Shown: positions 6,496 through 16,347 of the stretch, one piece after another
How the letters are laid out: every line of letters begins with the position of its first letter
Position numbering within the stretch: position 1 is the first letter of the stretch
Source: a virus
Taxonomy: Duplodnaviria; Caudoviricetes
IMG/VR virus record: IMGVR_UViG_3300005077_000078
Coordinates: 1-43,276 of that record
Direction: 5' to 3' (one strand)
Length of the DNA stretch: 43,276 bases
Made by a program: the position numbers and the translations under genes
Notes under the pieces: generated by a model
What the model was told of the DNA's origin: nothing
Database searches by the model: none
Seen by the model: only the letters and a program-made list of their open reading frames with translations

Positions 6496-9400
6496 GTGAC
6501 CATGCGCCGTCTGCCGCTTCTGCTGACCATTCTCGGTGCCGCGGCGGCAGCCATGCTGTGCGCGTTCGTCAACCCGTCCGGGGTCGGACCGGTAGCCGGG
6601 ATCGGCCCGGCGTCCTTCGGCGTCTCCCAGAGCGACACCAACGCCGTCCACGTCCCACCGGAGGAGCCGGAGGAGCCTGCACCGCCCGAGTGGCTGGCCT
6701 TCGACGCCGGAGGCGGAGGCTGGCTGCACTCCGGCGCGTTCTCGCTGTCCGATCCAGACGAGATCATGATCGGCGCGGACGTCAACGGCGCGTGGATCAC
6801 CTACGACGCCGGGCAGTCTTGGGTGCCAGCCAACGCCGGGTTCTCCAGCTACTCGTCCGACGCGACGGCGTTCTACGTCGATGAGATCGTGGCGATCCCC
6901 GGAGGGTTCGTCGCCGCCACCCACCAGGGAATGTTCCGCTGGACAGACGCCGACTCGTCGTGGTCGCCGATGGGCGAGAAGTTGTCCTGGATCCGAGACT
7001 ACTCCTGGGGCGACGTCGAGCAGCCGATCCCGTTCAGTTCTGTCTGCTGGGACGGCAACAACAAGCTGTTCGCCGGTGCCGGCCGCACGCGCAGCGGCAG
7101 CGAGACCTCCGAAGATTTCGGATCCGCAATCTACCCGTCAGCGTTCATCTCCGCGGAGGCCAACGGCGACCCAGTCGGGGCGGCGTCGGTCTGGTGCTAC
7201 GACCTGTCCGAGGAGGACGGGCTCTGGCGTCCCTGGGTTCCTGCCTCCACCGACACGCTTCAGATTGGCGGAGTCCGCGACGTCGCCGTCACCTACACGG
7301 CCCTGGGCGACACGATTGTCGCGGTTTGCAGCGGCAGCGCCCTGGCCGTGTTCACGGGCAGCGACTGGGTGGACGCCGAGGCCGACTGGGACTGGCGTCC
7401 CTCCTGCACGGGCTTCAGCGGCACGATGTCGGCCTCGTTCGCAGCCGACGGCACCGGGTTTTCGCCGTGGACAGTCTCACTTGCCGCACGCACCGTCGTC
7501 GTAGGAGAGGACGAGTTCGAGTGGGTCTCTCTCTACGCGGGAATGGCGCAGGACAGCGGCGACGTTGTGCGCCTGCGGGCTGGCGTCTACTACAATTCAG
7601 ACGTGGTCGCCTCGACAGAAATCAAGCGGGTCATCGGCTCGACGGTTAACCTCTCGCCGTACACGACGCGCATGGATACCTGCTACTACGGGGCTGTGAT
7701 GGGGAGCGGTGCGACCGTCCACAACGGCCGTGTTGACGCCCGCTGGGCCGAACTGCTACCGGCCGCCGTCGGCGTGAGCGTGGACACGCTGATCGTAGGC
7801 GGCCGTAACGGATACGTTGGCCTGCACAAGATCATCTACGACTACCAAACTGCTACGGTCGCCAGCGCGACAGCATTGCAGCGGTCTACCAGCACCGACA
7901 ACGACGTCGGGTTCGACGACGGCTGGCTGAACACATGGGGCAGCAGCAACATCATGCCGCCGGTCATCTGCTCGACCAACCACGGCCGCATCCTGACGCA
8001 CACCAACGCGAGGCTGGAGCTGACAACCAACGGAGGCTCGACGTTCAGCGGCGTCTGGACCGATTCTCTGCTGGTTGGCGACGAAACGTACTGGACGGGG
8101 CGCGGTTGGAACGAGATGGCCGTGAACGCCGTAGCCTCGCTGCCCACCGGCGAGATCGTCATGGGGTGCGCCGACACGGGCCTGTTCATCAGCAACACGG
8201 CGCATACGGGGTGGCAATGGCATCGCGTCCCCGTCGAGTCTGTCACCTCTGGCGCGGACACTCTCAACACCAGCGGGTATGCGTGGTCGCTCGACTGCCG
8301 CGACCTGGCCGTCATCGACGACTGGCAGGAGACCGGACGCCCAGCCATCATCGCCATCATGGGGTCCATCAGCACAAAGCCTACGAAGGTGATGATGCTG
8401 CACGACAGCGACGACGACGGCGACTGGGACTGGAGCGATGTCTCGCGTGGGACGATGGGTGTCGGCCCCGGCGACGAGACATACAGGCGGTTCTCGAAGC
8501 TAGCCATCGGCGGCGACGGCACCGTCTACGCCGCGTTCACCCGCTACGACGGCATCGTTGGAGATGACGGCGCGTCCCAGGTGGCGTGCGGCGTGGACCG
8601 CTTTGTCTACGATTACGGATGGACTTGGGCCGACCACGAAGATGTGGCTACGCAGATCCCGAACACCGGCCTCATCGGGGACATCGTCTGGTCGAAGACT
8701 GCGAACGACCTGTTCCTGGGCCTGAAGTACAGCGGTACCACGGGCGGCATCTATCGCTGCGCCCTGCCGGACTCGGTATGGTCCCTCGCCTACGGCGGGA
8801 ACACCATCGACTTCCTCGACATCCAATGCCTCGCCACCACCCCTGGCGGCAGCGTCGTGTACGCCGGCAACAGGGGCAGGAGTGGTGGAGGCTTTGCCAC
8901 GGTGCTTCGCTGCGACAACCCCCAGAGCGCGGCGACTGCGTGGGTACCGATGTTCAACAACGACAACCGCGACAACATCGAGTGGGGCATCACGACATAC
9001 TCTGACGGGTGGACGGTCCCTGACTCCCTGTCTGCCGCCAGGCTGTTCGCAACCGTGTCCTCCATTGCCGTCGCCGAGTGGGACAGCACGGAGGTTTTGT
9101 TCTCGGTCAACGCCAGCGGGATCTGCGCCGGTAACGGGCTGTACCGCATCAAGCGCAGCCACGTCGAAAAGCTGTCGGACGGGCCCGTCGAAGGGTACGG
9201 GGGGACGTACCTGTACACTTACGACGGTGCCGCGTATATCGGGACAAACGGCGGCGGCCTATGGAGGCGGCTGAATGACCAGCCTGCGGTGCCAGAGTTC
9301 ACCGAGACGATCCTTGCCATCGGCGATCCGTACTCCAGCGGCACTCTGTACAACCCGACCGGAATGACGCCGACGAGGACGGTCGTCGCAGACTCGACGA

Positions 9401-10092
9401 AGTGGCGACATGCCTTCGTGGACTATACCTACGGGACTCCTGGGCCTCGCGACTCGCTTTATCAGGCCGCGTACCCGATGGTCATCCAGCAGATCACCCA
9501 CCCCGCGTATACGCAGCGCACCAACCAGCGGTGGTGGATGACGTGGTGGGACCTCTCCGAGGTTCCGGACTCGTCGCAAGTCATCAGCGCGAAGATCAAC
9601 TTCGACGTGTACTACGCCCTCGGATCTCACGCCTACAACCAGTTCGAGGGGGCCTACGCCGTCCTGGACACGCTCTCGTCCGACCGAAGGTGGATCCAGT
9701 CGTCGGCAGCCCAGTCTCTCGTCAGGCACAGGTACAGCAACACGTCCTGGCTGTACATAGACCGCCTGCTCGACACGGCATGGAGCCCCACGCTCGTCAA
9801 CAGGAACAACGTCTCGACGTGGGGCATCGTTTCGCCCCTAGCGCACGACGTGACCGGAGTCACCAACGTGTTCGCCTCCGGCGACGACTTCGTGATCGAC
9901 GTCACATCGCTGCTTCAGTACTGGGTCGATCACCGCACGCCGCTCAACCTGCGGCAGGCTGGGTTCCTGATCTGCGGGTACGACAGCGACGGAGGAGCCG
10001 GAGGATCGTACTTCCAGGTGAGGACAGGGATTGCTTTTACCTACGAGACCTTGTCCCCGTCCCTGATCGTCAAGTACAGGGTCCAAGACTGA
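6496..10092 (+). CDS. Large exported protein: beta-propeller (BNR/VPS10/sialidase-like) plus C-terminal DNRLRE/CBM96-like domain
   Basis: Signal peptide MRRLPLLLTILGAAAAAMLCA. Asp-box-like motifs ITYDAGQSW and LTTNGGSTF, and YIGTNGGGLWR closing the propeller. C-terminal WDLSEVPDSSQVISAKI...IDVTSLLQYWV...GFLI...PSLIVKY. Confidence 0.8.
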   Translation: MTMRRLPLLLTILGAAAAAMLCAFVNPSGVGPVAGIGPASFGVSQSDTNAVHVPPEEPEEPAPPEWLAFDAGGGGWLHSGAFSLSDPDEIMIGADVNGAWITYDAGQSWVPANAGFSSYSSDATAFYVDEIVAIPGGFVAATHQGMFRWTDADSSWSPMGEKLSWIRDYSWGDVEQPIPFSSVCWDGNNKLFAGAGRTRSGSETSEDFGSAIYPSAFISAEANGDPVGAASVWCYDLSEEDGLWRPWVPASTDTLQIGGVRDVAVTYTALGDTIVAVCSGSALAVFTGSDWVDAEADWDWRPSCTGFSGTMSASFAADGTGFSPWTVSLAARTVVVGEDEFEWVSLYAGMAQDSGDVVRLRAGVYYNSDVVASTEIKRVIGSTVNLSPYTTRMDTCYYGAVMGSGATVHNGRVDARWAELLPAAVGVSVDTLIVGGRNGYVGLHKIIYDYQTATVASATALQRSTSTDNDVGFDDGWLNTWGSSNIMPPVICSTNHGRILTHTNARLELTTNGGSTFSGVWTDSLLVGDETYWTGRGWNEMAVNAVASLPTGEIVMGCADTGLFISNTAHTGWQWHRVPVESVTSGADTLNTSGYAWSLDCRDLAVIDDWQETGRPAIIAIMGSISTKPTKVMMLHDSDDDGDWDWSDVSRGTMGVGPGDETYRRFSKLAIGGDGTVYAAFTRYDGIVGDDGASQVACGVDRFVYDYGWTWADHEDVATQIPNTGLIGDIVWSKTANDLFLGLKYSGTTGGIYRCALPDSVWSLAYGGNTIDFLDIQCLATTPGGSVVYAGNRGRSGGGFATVLRCDNPQSAATAWVPMFNNDNRDNIEWGITTYSDGWTVPDSLSAARLFATVSSIAVAEWDSTEVLFSVNASGICAGNGLYRIKRSHVEKLSDGPVEGYGGTYLYTYDGAAYIGTNGGGLWRRLNDQPAVPEFTETILAIGDPYSSGTLYNPTGMTPTRTVVADSTKWRHAFVDYTYGTPGPRDSLYQAAYPMVIQQITHPAYTQRTNQRWWMTWWDLSEVPDSSQVISAKINFDVYYALGSHAYNQFEGAYAVLDTLSSDRRWIQSSAAQSLVRHRYSNTSWLYIDRLLDTAWSPTLVNRNNVSTWGIVSPLAHDVTGVTNVFASGDDFVIDVTSLLQYWVDHRTPLNLRQAGFLICGYDSDGGAGGSYFQVRTGIAFTYETLSPSLIVKYRVQD

Positions 10093-10105
10093 AAGGAGCA
10101 TCGTC

Positions 10106-10174
10106 ATGCGTAAACTGATCCTCATCAAGACGGCCTCCAGCGACACGGTTCGCTACGTTCTGTACAAGGACTAA
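10106..10174 (+). CDS. 22-aa mini-ORF MRKLILIKTASSDTVRYVLYKD, possibly an internally deleted exported-protein gene
   Basis: Strong AAGGAG RBS. It fills the gap between two genes. Confidence 0.45.
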   Translation: MRKLILIKTASSDTVRYVLYKD

Positions 10175-10193
10175 CGCTGCACGGAGGGCCGGG

Positions 10194-10475
10194 ATGACGC
10201 AAGAGCAGCGCAAGGGACTCACGTTCTCGCGGGAGATCCGCCTGAGCGAGGTCATACAGATCATCCTAGTCCTGGTCGCCATCGGCGGCTGGGCGGTGCG
10301 AACCGAAGGCAAGATCGAACAGGTGGCGGCCGACGGCAGGGCCAATGCAGAAAGCATACAGTCAGCAAACGAGGTCCAGAAGGAGACGGCCGGAATCCTG
10401 CGGCAGATCCAGGAACAGTTAACCAAGACCCGCCTGGCTGTGGCGCAGTACCACGGAACCGAGGCGCTGAGATGA
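10194..10475 (+). CDS. Single-TM protein with C-terminal coiled coil (holin/XhlA-like architecture)
   Basis: TM segment VIQIILVLVAIGGWAV followed by a heptad-like tail. GGAGG RBS. Confidence 0.65.
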   Translation: MTQEQRKGLTFSREIRLSEVIQIILVLVAIGGWAVRTEGKIEQVAADGRANAESIQSANEVQKETAGILRQIQEQLTKTRLAVAQYHGTEALR

Positions 10476-10681
10476 AGCCGCTCGGCAGCAAGGTCCTCAC
10501 GGACATCCAGAAGAGACTGCGCGGCGGCTCGCAGTCGTTCATGCCGTTCTCCCCGGCGAAGGGCGCGACATTCACGTCATTCGCCAAGGGAGTCACCGGC
10601 AAGAGGATGCGCAATTACATCACGCCGAGGCAGAACCCGAATTTCTCTGGCCTGAAGCACTTCGGAGGCGGTTTCAAGTGA
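10472..10681 (+). CDS. Small basic hypothetical protein, 69 aa
   Basis: Overlaps both neighbours by 4 nt. Confidence 0.6.
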   Translation: MKPLGSKVLTDIQKRLRGGSQSFMPFSPAKGATFTSFAKGVTGKRMRNYITPRQNPNFSGLKHFGGGFK

Positions 10682-12075
10682 GTCGCGTAGTCGCATGGCG
10701 TCCACAGCCGGGTCCGCAGACAGAGTTCATCACCTGTCCTGCGGAAGAAATCCTCTACGGCGGTGCCGTAGGCGGCGGCAAGTCGGATGGATTGCTGGGC
10801 GACTGGGTCGTCGGTGCCGAGGAATTCCCTGGCAAGTTCCACGGCGTGCTGTTCCGCAAGCATTTCCCGGACATGGACGACATCATCCGGCGCAGCCGCG
10901 AGATCTTCGGGCCGGTCTACGGCGACAAGTGCTACAACAGCAGCAAGTACCAATGGACGCTGCCGAACGGCAGCACGCTGCGGTTCCGCGCACTCGAGAA
11001 CGACGACGACGTGTACAAGTACCACGGACAGCAGTTCACCTGGGTGGGCTGGGACGAGCTTACGCAATGGTCGAGCCCGTTCGCCTACACCTACATGATG
11101 ACGCGAAGCCGCTCGGCGCACGGCGCGGCCGTTCGCACCCGCGCTGCGACCAACCCTGGAGGTGTTGGGCATGCGTGGGTGAAGGCCAGGTTCATCGACC
11201 CGGCACCGCCCAAGACGCCGATGCTCATCAAGACACGCAGCGGCGGCACATACACCAGGATCTTCATCCCGGCGAAGCTCGACGACAACCGCATCCTGAT
11301 GAAGAACGACCCCGGCTACGCCGACCGAGTCTACGAACTCAACGACCAGCGCCTCGCCGAAGCCCTGCGCAACGGCAACTGGGACATCGTCGTCGGAGCG
11401 GCCTTCACGGAGTGGTCGCCGTCGGTCCACGTCATCCAGACCGAGGATCCGCCGACCGACCGGCCGGTCTTCTGCTCGATGGACTGGGGCTACAAGACGC
11501 CCTACGGCAACCTGTGGGGGTTTGTCGATAACGAAGCCAGACTGGTGCTGTGCGGAGAGCTTTACGCATGGACCGGGAAGATCAACGTCGGCACGGAGGA
11601 GTCGCCCGAAGAGGTGCGCAAGAAGCTGGAGGCGTGGGAGTCGTCTCGCTACCTGCGCGTCTGGGATCGCAGCCTCGACCCGCAATGCTGGGAAGACAAG
11701 AACAACTCCGTCTCGACTGCCGCCAGGCTCGGCGGGCGCGATCTCGGCTGGAAGCCGTGGCCCAAGGGCCCCAACAGCCGCGTCAACCAGAAGCAGGGGA
11801 TCCATCAGTTGCTGGCCGTCACCAACGGCCGGTCCAGGTTCGCGGTCATGGACTGTTGCCGGCACTTCATCCGCACGATCCCGACGCTGCCGATGGACAA
11901 GAAGAAGCCTGAAGACATCGACACGATGGCCGAGGACCACCTCTACGACGCCTGGAGAGGCATGGTCGCGAAGAGGTTCCCGAGCAAGCAGGAGATGGAC
12001 GCCATCAGGCGCAACGAACAGAGGGCCGCCGCCGAGCATGTCGCCGGCTATAGCCCCGAGTACGGAGGGTGGTAA
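10678..12075 (+). CDS. terL: Terminase large subunit
   Basis: Q-motif PQPGPQ, Walker A YGGAVGGGKS, Walker B VGWDELTQ, coupling motif ATNPGG, nuclease motifs SMDWG and EDHLYDAWR. Confidence 0.97.
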   Translation: MSRVVAWRPQPGPQTEFITCPAEEILYGGAVGGGKSDGLLGDWVVGAEEFPGKFHGVLFRKHFPDMDDIIRRSREIFGPVYGDKCYNSSKYQWTLPNGSTLRFRALENDDDVYKYHGQQFTWVGWDELTQWSSPFAYTYMMTRSRSAHGAAVRTRAATNPGGVGHAWVKARFIDPAPPKTPMLIKTRSGGTYTRIFIPAKLDDNRILMKNDPGYADRVYELNDQRLAEALRNGNWDIVVGAAFTEWSPSVHVIQTEDPPTDRPVFCSMDWGYKTPYGNLWGFVDNEARLVLCGELYAWTGKINVGTEESPEEVRKKLEAWESSRYLRVWDRSLDPQCWEDKNNSVSTAARLGGRDLGWKPWPKGPNSRVNQKQGIHQLLAVTNGRSRFAVMDCCRHFIRTIPTLPMDKKKPEDIDTMAEDHLYDAWRGMVAKRFPSKQEMDAIRRNEQRAAAEHVAGYSPEYGGW

Positions 12076-14012
12076 TGTCCATCGACATCAGCAGCAACAG
12101 CAAGCTGTCCATCGTCAAGCACGTCAGCGAGCAGTTCCGCGACCTGCTCCAGGACAGGCAAGAAACGCAGCAGACGTGGATGCGGTGCATCCTGGCCTAT
12201 CTGTGCCAGTTCGACAAGGCGTGGGCCAACGCGGCCAAGGCCGCCAACAGGTCGGCCCGCTACGTCCCCGTGACGTTCGACAGCATCGAAACCGTGCTGG
12301 CGCAGGCGGCCGACATCATCTTCGGCAACGACGAGTGGAACAAGGTCCTGCCGGCGTTCTACGGCGGCAACGACAGGACCGACGACGAGTACGCCGCGGT
12401 CGTCACGAAGTTCATGCGCCACCAGTTCGAGGCCGGCGGCTTCTACGAGATGGCCGACATCGGCATGAAGCAGCTTCTGCTGGTCGGCAACTGCCCGTGG
12501 TCGATGCGCTGGAAGGTCAAGAAGGCGGCAGATTTCGGGCAGTACCGCAAGGCCCTGGCGGAGTGGGAGAAGGCCAGGGCCGAGTACGAGAGCAACTACG
12601 CGGTGGCGATGCAGCAGTACCAGGCCATCATGGACCTCGCCAAGATGACTGGCATGGTGCCGCCGCCGCCCCCGCAGATCGCGCCACCTCCGCAGCCGCC
12701 GGTGAACTCGAGGACCATCTTCGAGGGCCCGGTGCCGGTGATCGGTGACATCTTCAACTACGTCGAGGAGCCGTTCCCCGGAGACCCGGAGGAGGCGTTC
12801 AGGGCCCACCGTACCTGGCGCTCGAAGGAGTACCTGCGCAGGGTCTCCAAGCCGAACGATGACGGGTACCGCCTGTACGAGGGCATCGACGCGATCACGG
12901 GCGGGGAGGATCGGGCCGCCGCCGAGGGCAACCAGGAGGAGAACCTGCTGCGCATCGCCCTGGGTCAGAGCGTGAACGTGCGCAAGCCGAACGACGTGGA
13001 ACTCATCCACGCCGAGGGGACGTTCGAGGTGCCAACGGCCGACGGGTACGAGACGTTCGAGAACTACGTCGCCGTCGTCGCCAACGGCCAGCACCTGATC
13101 AGGTTCGAGAAGACTCCGCTGATCAGCGGCCGGCGCACCCTGAACAACGCAAAGCTCATCCGCATCAACGGGTCCCAGTACGGTATTGGCATCATCGAGA
13201 AGGCTCTGTCGGAGCAGGACTCCGTCAACGCCATCCACAACCAGGTGATCGACGCCGTGCATTGCGTCATCCAGCCGGAGTACGCGAGGGTCCGAAACAG
13301 CGTGACGTCGCCCAAGCCATCGGGGCCCGGCCAGGTCCACGACATGGCCGACCAGGGCGACATCATGCCGTTCCAGAAGAACTTCTCCGGCATCCCCCTC
13401 GGCAGCGCCGAGGTCAATGCAGCCATCGGCCGCTTCGAGCGCGTTACCGGCGCGATCAATACGGCACCCCAGGGCAGGGGCCAGGAGTCTGCCACCAGGA
13501 CCGCACGCAACGCCAACATCGTCCAGTTGAAGCTCGGCAAGTGGACCCGCGCCATCGAAAAGGACTTCATCCAGCGCATGGTGCAGACGATGATCGACAT
13601 GAATGCCCAGTACATCGGCGAGGAGAAGATGTTCCGCATCTCCCAGACCGACCCGAGCGGGCAGTCGTGGATGAAAATCAGCCCCGAGGCCCTGTCCAAG
13701 GGGTGGCTGTGCGAGATCGCCAGCACGCAGTACGTCATCGACAAGCAGGAGCGCATCCAGAACGGGATGGCGTTCTTGCAGATGGTCAGCCAGCCCGTGT
13801 TCGTGCCGGCCATCGAGTGGCAGAAGCTGCTAGAGCAGCTCTCCGAGGACATCATGGGCCGCCGCGGTAGCGGCATCGTGAAGTCCGGGCCGGAGATCGG
13901 CGAGCAGATGAACCAGATCGCGCTGATGGTGGCAGGGCTGATCACGCCGCCGTCGGAACAGCAGCCGGAGGGTGAAGGTGGAGATCCAGGTCAGCAAGGA
14001 GCGCCTGTTTAG
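12075..14012 (+). CDS. Portal protein
   Basis: Directly after terL, about 645 aa. YGIGIIEK...Q..VN.IHNQ.ID and ESATRT motifs as in P22/N4-like portals, with a Q/E/G-rich tail. Confidence 0.88.
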   Translation: MSIDISSNSKLSIVKHVSEQFRDLLQDRQETQQTWMRCILAYLCQFDKAWANAAKAANRSARYVPVTFDSIETVLAQAADIIFGNDEWNKVLPAFYGGNDRTDDEYAAVVTKFMRHQFEAGGFYEMADIGMKQLLLVGNCPWSMRWKVKKAADFGQYRKALAEWEKARAEYESNYAVAMQQYQAIMDLAKMTGMVPPPPPQIAPPPQPPVNSRTIFEGPVPVIGDIFNYVEEPFPGDPEEAFRAHRTWRSKEYLRRVSKPNDDGYRLYEGIDAITGGEDRAAAEGNQEENLLRIALGQSVNVRKPNDVELIHAEGTFEVPTADGYETFENYVAVVANGQHLIRFEKTPLISGRRTLNNAKLIRINGSQYGIGIIEKALSEQDSVNAIHNQVIDAVHCVIQPEYARVRNSVTSPKPSGPGQVHDMADQGDIMPFQKNFSGIPLGSAEVNAAIGRFERVTGAINTAPQGRGQESATRTARNANIVQLKLGKWTRAIEKDFIQRMVQTMIDMNAQYIGEEKMFRISQTDPSGQSWMKISPEALSKGWLCEIASTQYVIDKQERIQNGMAFLQMVSQPVFVPAIEWQKLLEQLSEDIMGRRGSGIVKSGPEIGEQMNQIALMVAGLITPPSEQQPEGEGGDPGQQGAPV

Positions 14013-14229
14013 CGCCCAGAGCCAGGGGCTCCTGGAGCCTTTGTACGAATACCTCAGCTCTGAGATCGACAGGCTGAGTTCTTCGGTGCCGATCAGGGGT
14101 CCGGAGTGGCCTCTGATGGTGGCGGAACGCCAGGGGGCCCTCGCCGCTGTCGTCAAGATCAACGAGTGGGTCCGCGGGATGGCAAGTCCCGACGACCAAG
14201 TGCAGACCAACTCGCCCGAGGGGGCGTAA
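13972..14229 (+). CDS. Small head-module protein between portal and scaffold
   Basis: Position and the helical ERQGALAAV..I pattern typical of this slot. Confidence 0.55.
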   Translation: MKVEIQVSKERLFSAQSQGLLEPLYEYLSSEIDRLSSSVPIRGPEWPLMVAERQGALAAVVKINEWVRGMASPDDQVQTNSPEGA

Positions 14230-14232
14230 AAC
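14210..14232 (+). promoter_or_regulatory. ACTCGCC-loop-GGCG-TAAAAC element, copy 1
   Basis: Near-identical to 16750-16770 and immediately upstream of the scaffold RBS. Confidence 0.6.
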
Positions 14233-14247
14233 ACCGAAGGAGTGGTC

Positions 14248-15198
14248 ATGGACAACAACAAGGTCAGACTGAGCGACATGGAGCAGGCGGCCAGGGAGAT
14301 GGAGGCCGTCGGCGATCTGCCCCTGGACCCCGAGGCCGTGCGGGCGATGCAGATCCAGGCCGCCCAGGCGGTGCAGCCGGATCCGACGCCCGCCCCGGAG
14401 GCCCCGAGGGAGCCGGCCCCCGTCATCGACGAGGGCCTGATGAGCGCTCTCCGCGGGGAGGGCCTGCTGGAAGACCCTGTGCAGGTACCAGCCCCCGTTC
14501 AGCCGCAGCCGAAGCCCGTGGAGGAACCCGAGCCCGGCCAGCGCATTCCGAAGGACAGGTTCGACGAGGTGCTGCGCGAGCGCGACGAGCTTCGCAGACG
14601 CCACGACGCACTCGTCCAGCAGATGCTGGAGCGCGAAGCCGCCCCGCATCCTCAGGGGCAGGATGGCCCCGATGGCGACCCCCTGAACCCCGAGGTGGTC
14701 GAGTTCTTCGACCCGTACCTCAAGTCCAGGGCCGTCACCAGGGACGAGTACAACGATCTGGTCGGGATGCTCCATCCGCTGCTCGAGAGAGAGAAGAGCC
14801 GGCGGATGGGCGAGTTCATCGCACAGGTCGTTCCCGGATTCGATCCAGCGAACGAGCCTCTTGTGGTGGAGCGGTTGCAGTCCATCACCGACGAGCGGAC
14901 GCGGGCGTTCTATTCGGGAACGGCGCAAGGAGCCGCTGCGCTGGCCGCCGTCATGATGGCAGAGGGTGCGTTCCCCAAGTCCGGCTCGGGGAGGCCGGCT
15001 CCGGCGGAAAGGGCACCCACGGTACCCATGCGGCCGATGGCGGACGTTTCCGGCACTCGGAACGTCTCCTCGGCTCAAGACGATCAATCCCTGGCGGCCA
15101 AGCTCGCGGCCATGCCGGACGAGAAGTTCGCGGCCATGCGCAGGCGCATGGACGACGACGTCCTGTCCTACAAGCCCGAGGACTTGCTCCCCAGATGA
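14248..15198 (+). CDS. Capsid scaffolding protein
   Basis: P/E-rich N-terminus, RIPKDRFDEVLRERDELRR coiled coil, C-terminal AAMPDEKFAA helix. Precedes the capsid gene. Confidence 0.8.
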   Translation: MDNNKVRLSDMEQAAREMEAVGDLPLDPEAVRAMQIQAAQAVQPDPTPAPEAPREPAPVIDEGLMSALRGEGLLEDPVQVPAPVQPQPKPVEEPEPGQRIPKDRFDEVLRERDELRRRHDALVQQMLEREAAPHPQGQDGPDGDPLNPEVVEFFDPYLKSRAVTRDEYNDLVGMLHPLLEREKSRRMGEFIAQVVPGFDPANEPLVVERLQSITDERTRAFYSGTAQGAAALAAVMMAEGAFPKSGSGRPAPAERAPTVPMRPMADVSGTRNVSSAQDDQSLAAKLAAMPDEKFAAMRRRMDDDVLSYKPEDLLPR

Positions 15199-15215
15199 AC
15201 CTTGCGAGGTGAATC

Positions 15216-16292
15216 ATGCAGACGTTAGCCAATCTCCAGACGATGGACATCGACCAGAACAGCGCCGCGCTGCCCCTGGTCACGCGGGTCTTCTACAACA
15301 AGACCTACCTGTCCGTCGCCATGCCCCTGCTCCTGCACGACCAGTTCGGCGTGCCCTCGACGCTGCCGAAGAACAGCGGCGAGTCGGTCATGTGGCGTCG
15401 CTTCAAGAAGTTCGCCCAGGTCAGCAACACGCTGACCGAAGGCGTCACCCCGACCGGCAAGACGCTCGAGTTCGAGAACGTCGTCGCGACGGTGAAGCCC
15501 TACGGCGACTTCGCGATCATCACCGACTGGGTGGACTTCATCTTCGTCGATCCGATCATCAGCAAGACCATCGAGCGTCTGGCCGAGCAGTCGGGCGAGT
15601 CCCTGGACAGCGTCACCCGCGACATCATCAACGCCGGCACCAACCTGTACCGCGTCACCGCGGACGGGTCCTCGCCGACCTGGGGCGTCGGGGCGCGGAC
15701 GACCGTCAACGGCACGCTGAACAAGCGGGTCCTGGACGCCGTGATCACCGCCCTGGTGACCGCGGAAGCGAAGATGACGATGGGCCGCATCGGAGCGAGC
15801 CCGAACACCGACACCCAGCCGGTGGACGTGGCCTACCCGTGCATCATCCATCCGCACATCACGCACTCGCTGTTCCAGTCGGATTCCGGCCTGACCGGCG
15901 ACCACGGGTTCCTGCCCCGCGAGCGGTACGGCAACACCGCGGCCCTGTACAAGGGCGAGGTCGGCAAGTACCGCAACGTGCGCTTCATCGAGACGACCAA
16001 CGCGAAGGTGTGGGCGGACTCGGGCGGCGGCACCAACGTCGGGACGACCTCGGCGGCCACCTACCGGTCCACGACCGGCACGCAGGCGGACGTCTACTCC
16101 TGCCTGGTCATCGGGAAGGAGTCCTACGGCGTCACCAAGCTGGCCGGCTACAGCCAGACCTACGTCGAGCGCAGCGGCGGGAACAGCGACCCCCTGCACC
16201 AGCGCAACACGGTCGGATGGAAGGCGGCCAAGACCGCCGTCATCCTCGAGGACGCCTGGATCGCTCGCATCGAGGTCGCGGCTCTCTGGTAG
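15216..16292 (+). CDS. Major capsid protein, N4-gp56 family
   Basis: LPKNSGESVMWRRF, LTEGVTP, YGDF..ITD, IIHP, GEVGKYRNVRFIET and SDPLHQRNTVGWK. Confidence 0.93.
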   Translation: MQTLANLQTMDIDQNSAALPLVTRVFYNKTYLSVAMPLLLHDQFGVPSTLPKNSGESVMWRRFKKFAQVSNTLTEGVTPTGKTLEFENVVATVKPYGDFAIITDWVDFIFVDPIISKTIERLAEQSGESLDSVTRDIINAGTNLYRVTADGSSPTWGVGARTTVNGTLNKRVLDAVITALVTAEAKMTMGRIGASPNTDTQPVDVAYPCIIHPHITHSLFQSDSGLTGDHGFLPRERYGNTAALYKGEVGKYRNVRFIETTNAKVWADSGGGTNVGTTSAATYRSTTGTQADVYSCLVIGKESYGVTKLAGYSQTYVERSGGNSDPLHQRNTVGWKAAKTAVILEDAWIARIEVAALW

Positions 16293-16299
16293 CATCACC

Positions 16300-16328
16300 G
16301 GGGGGCGGGCTTCGCCCCCCTTCACTCT
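16300..16328 (+). terminator. Hairpin after the capsid gene (weak terminator or mRNA stabiliser)
   Basis: 8-bp stem GGGGGGCG/CGCCCCCC with only a TTCACTCT tail. Confidence 0.55.
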
Positions 16329-16347
16329 CTGCACCTGGAGGTGCATC

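Noticed and set aside
15216-16292. Assignment to N4-like phages with a virion RNA polymerase
   Set aside because: Only the capsid family is N4-gp56-like. I found no RNA polymerase motifs in the giant protein, and replication is lambdoid-initiator type.
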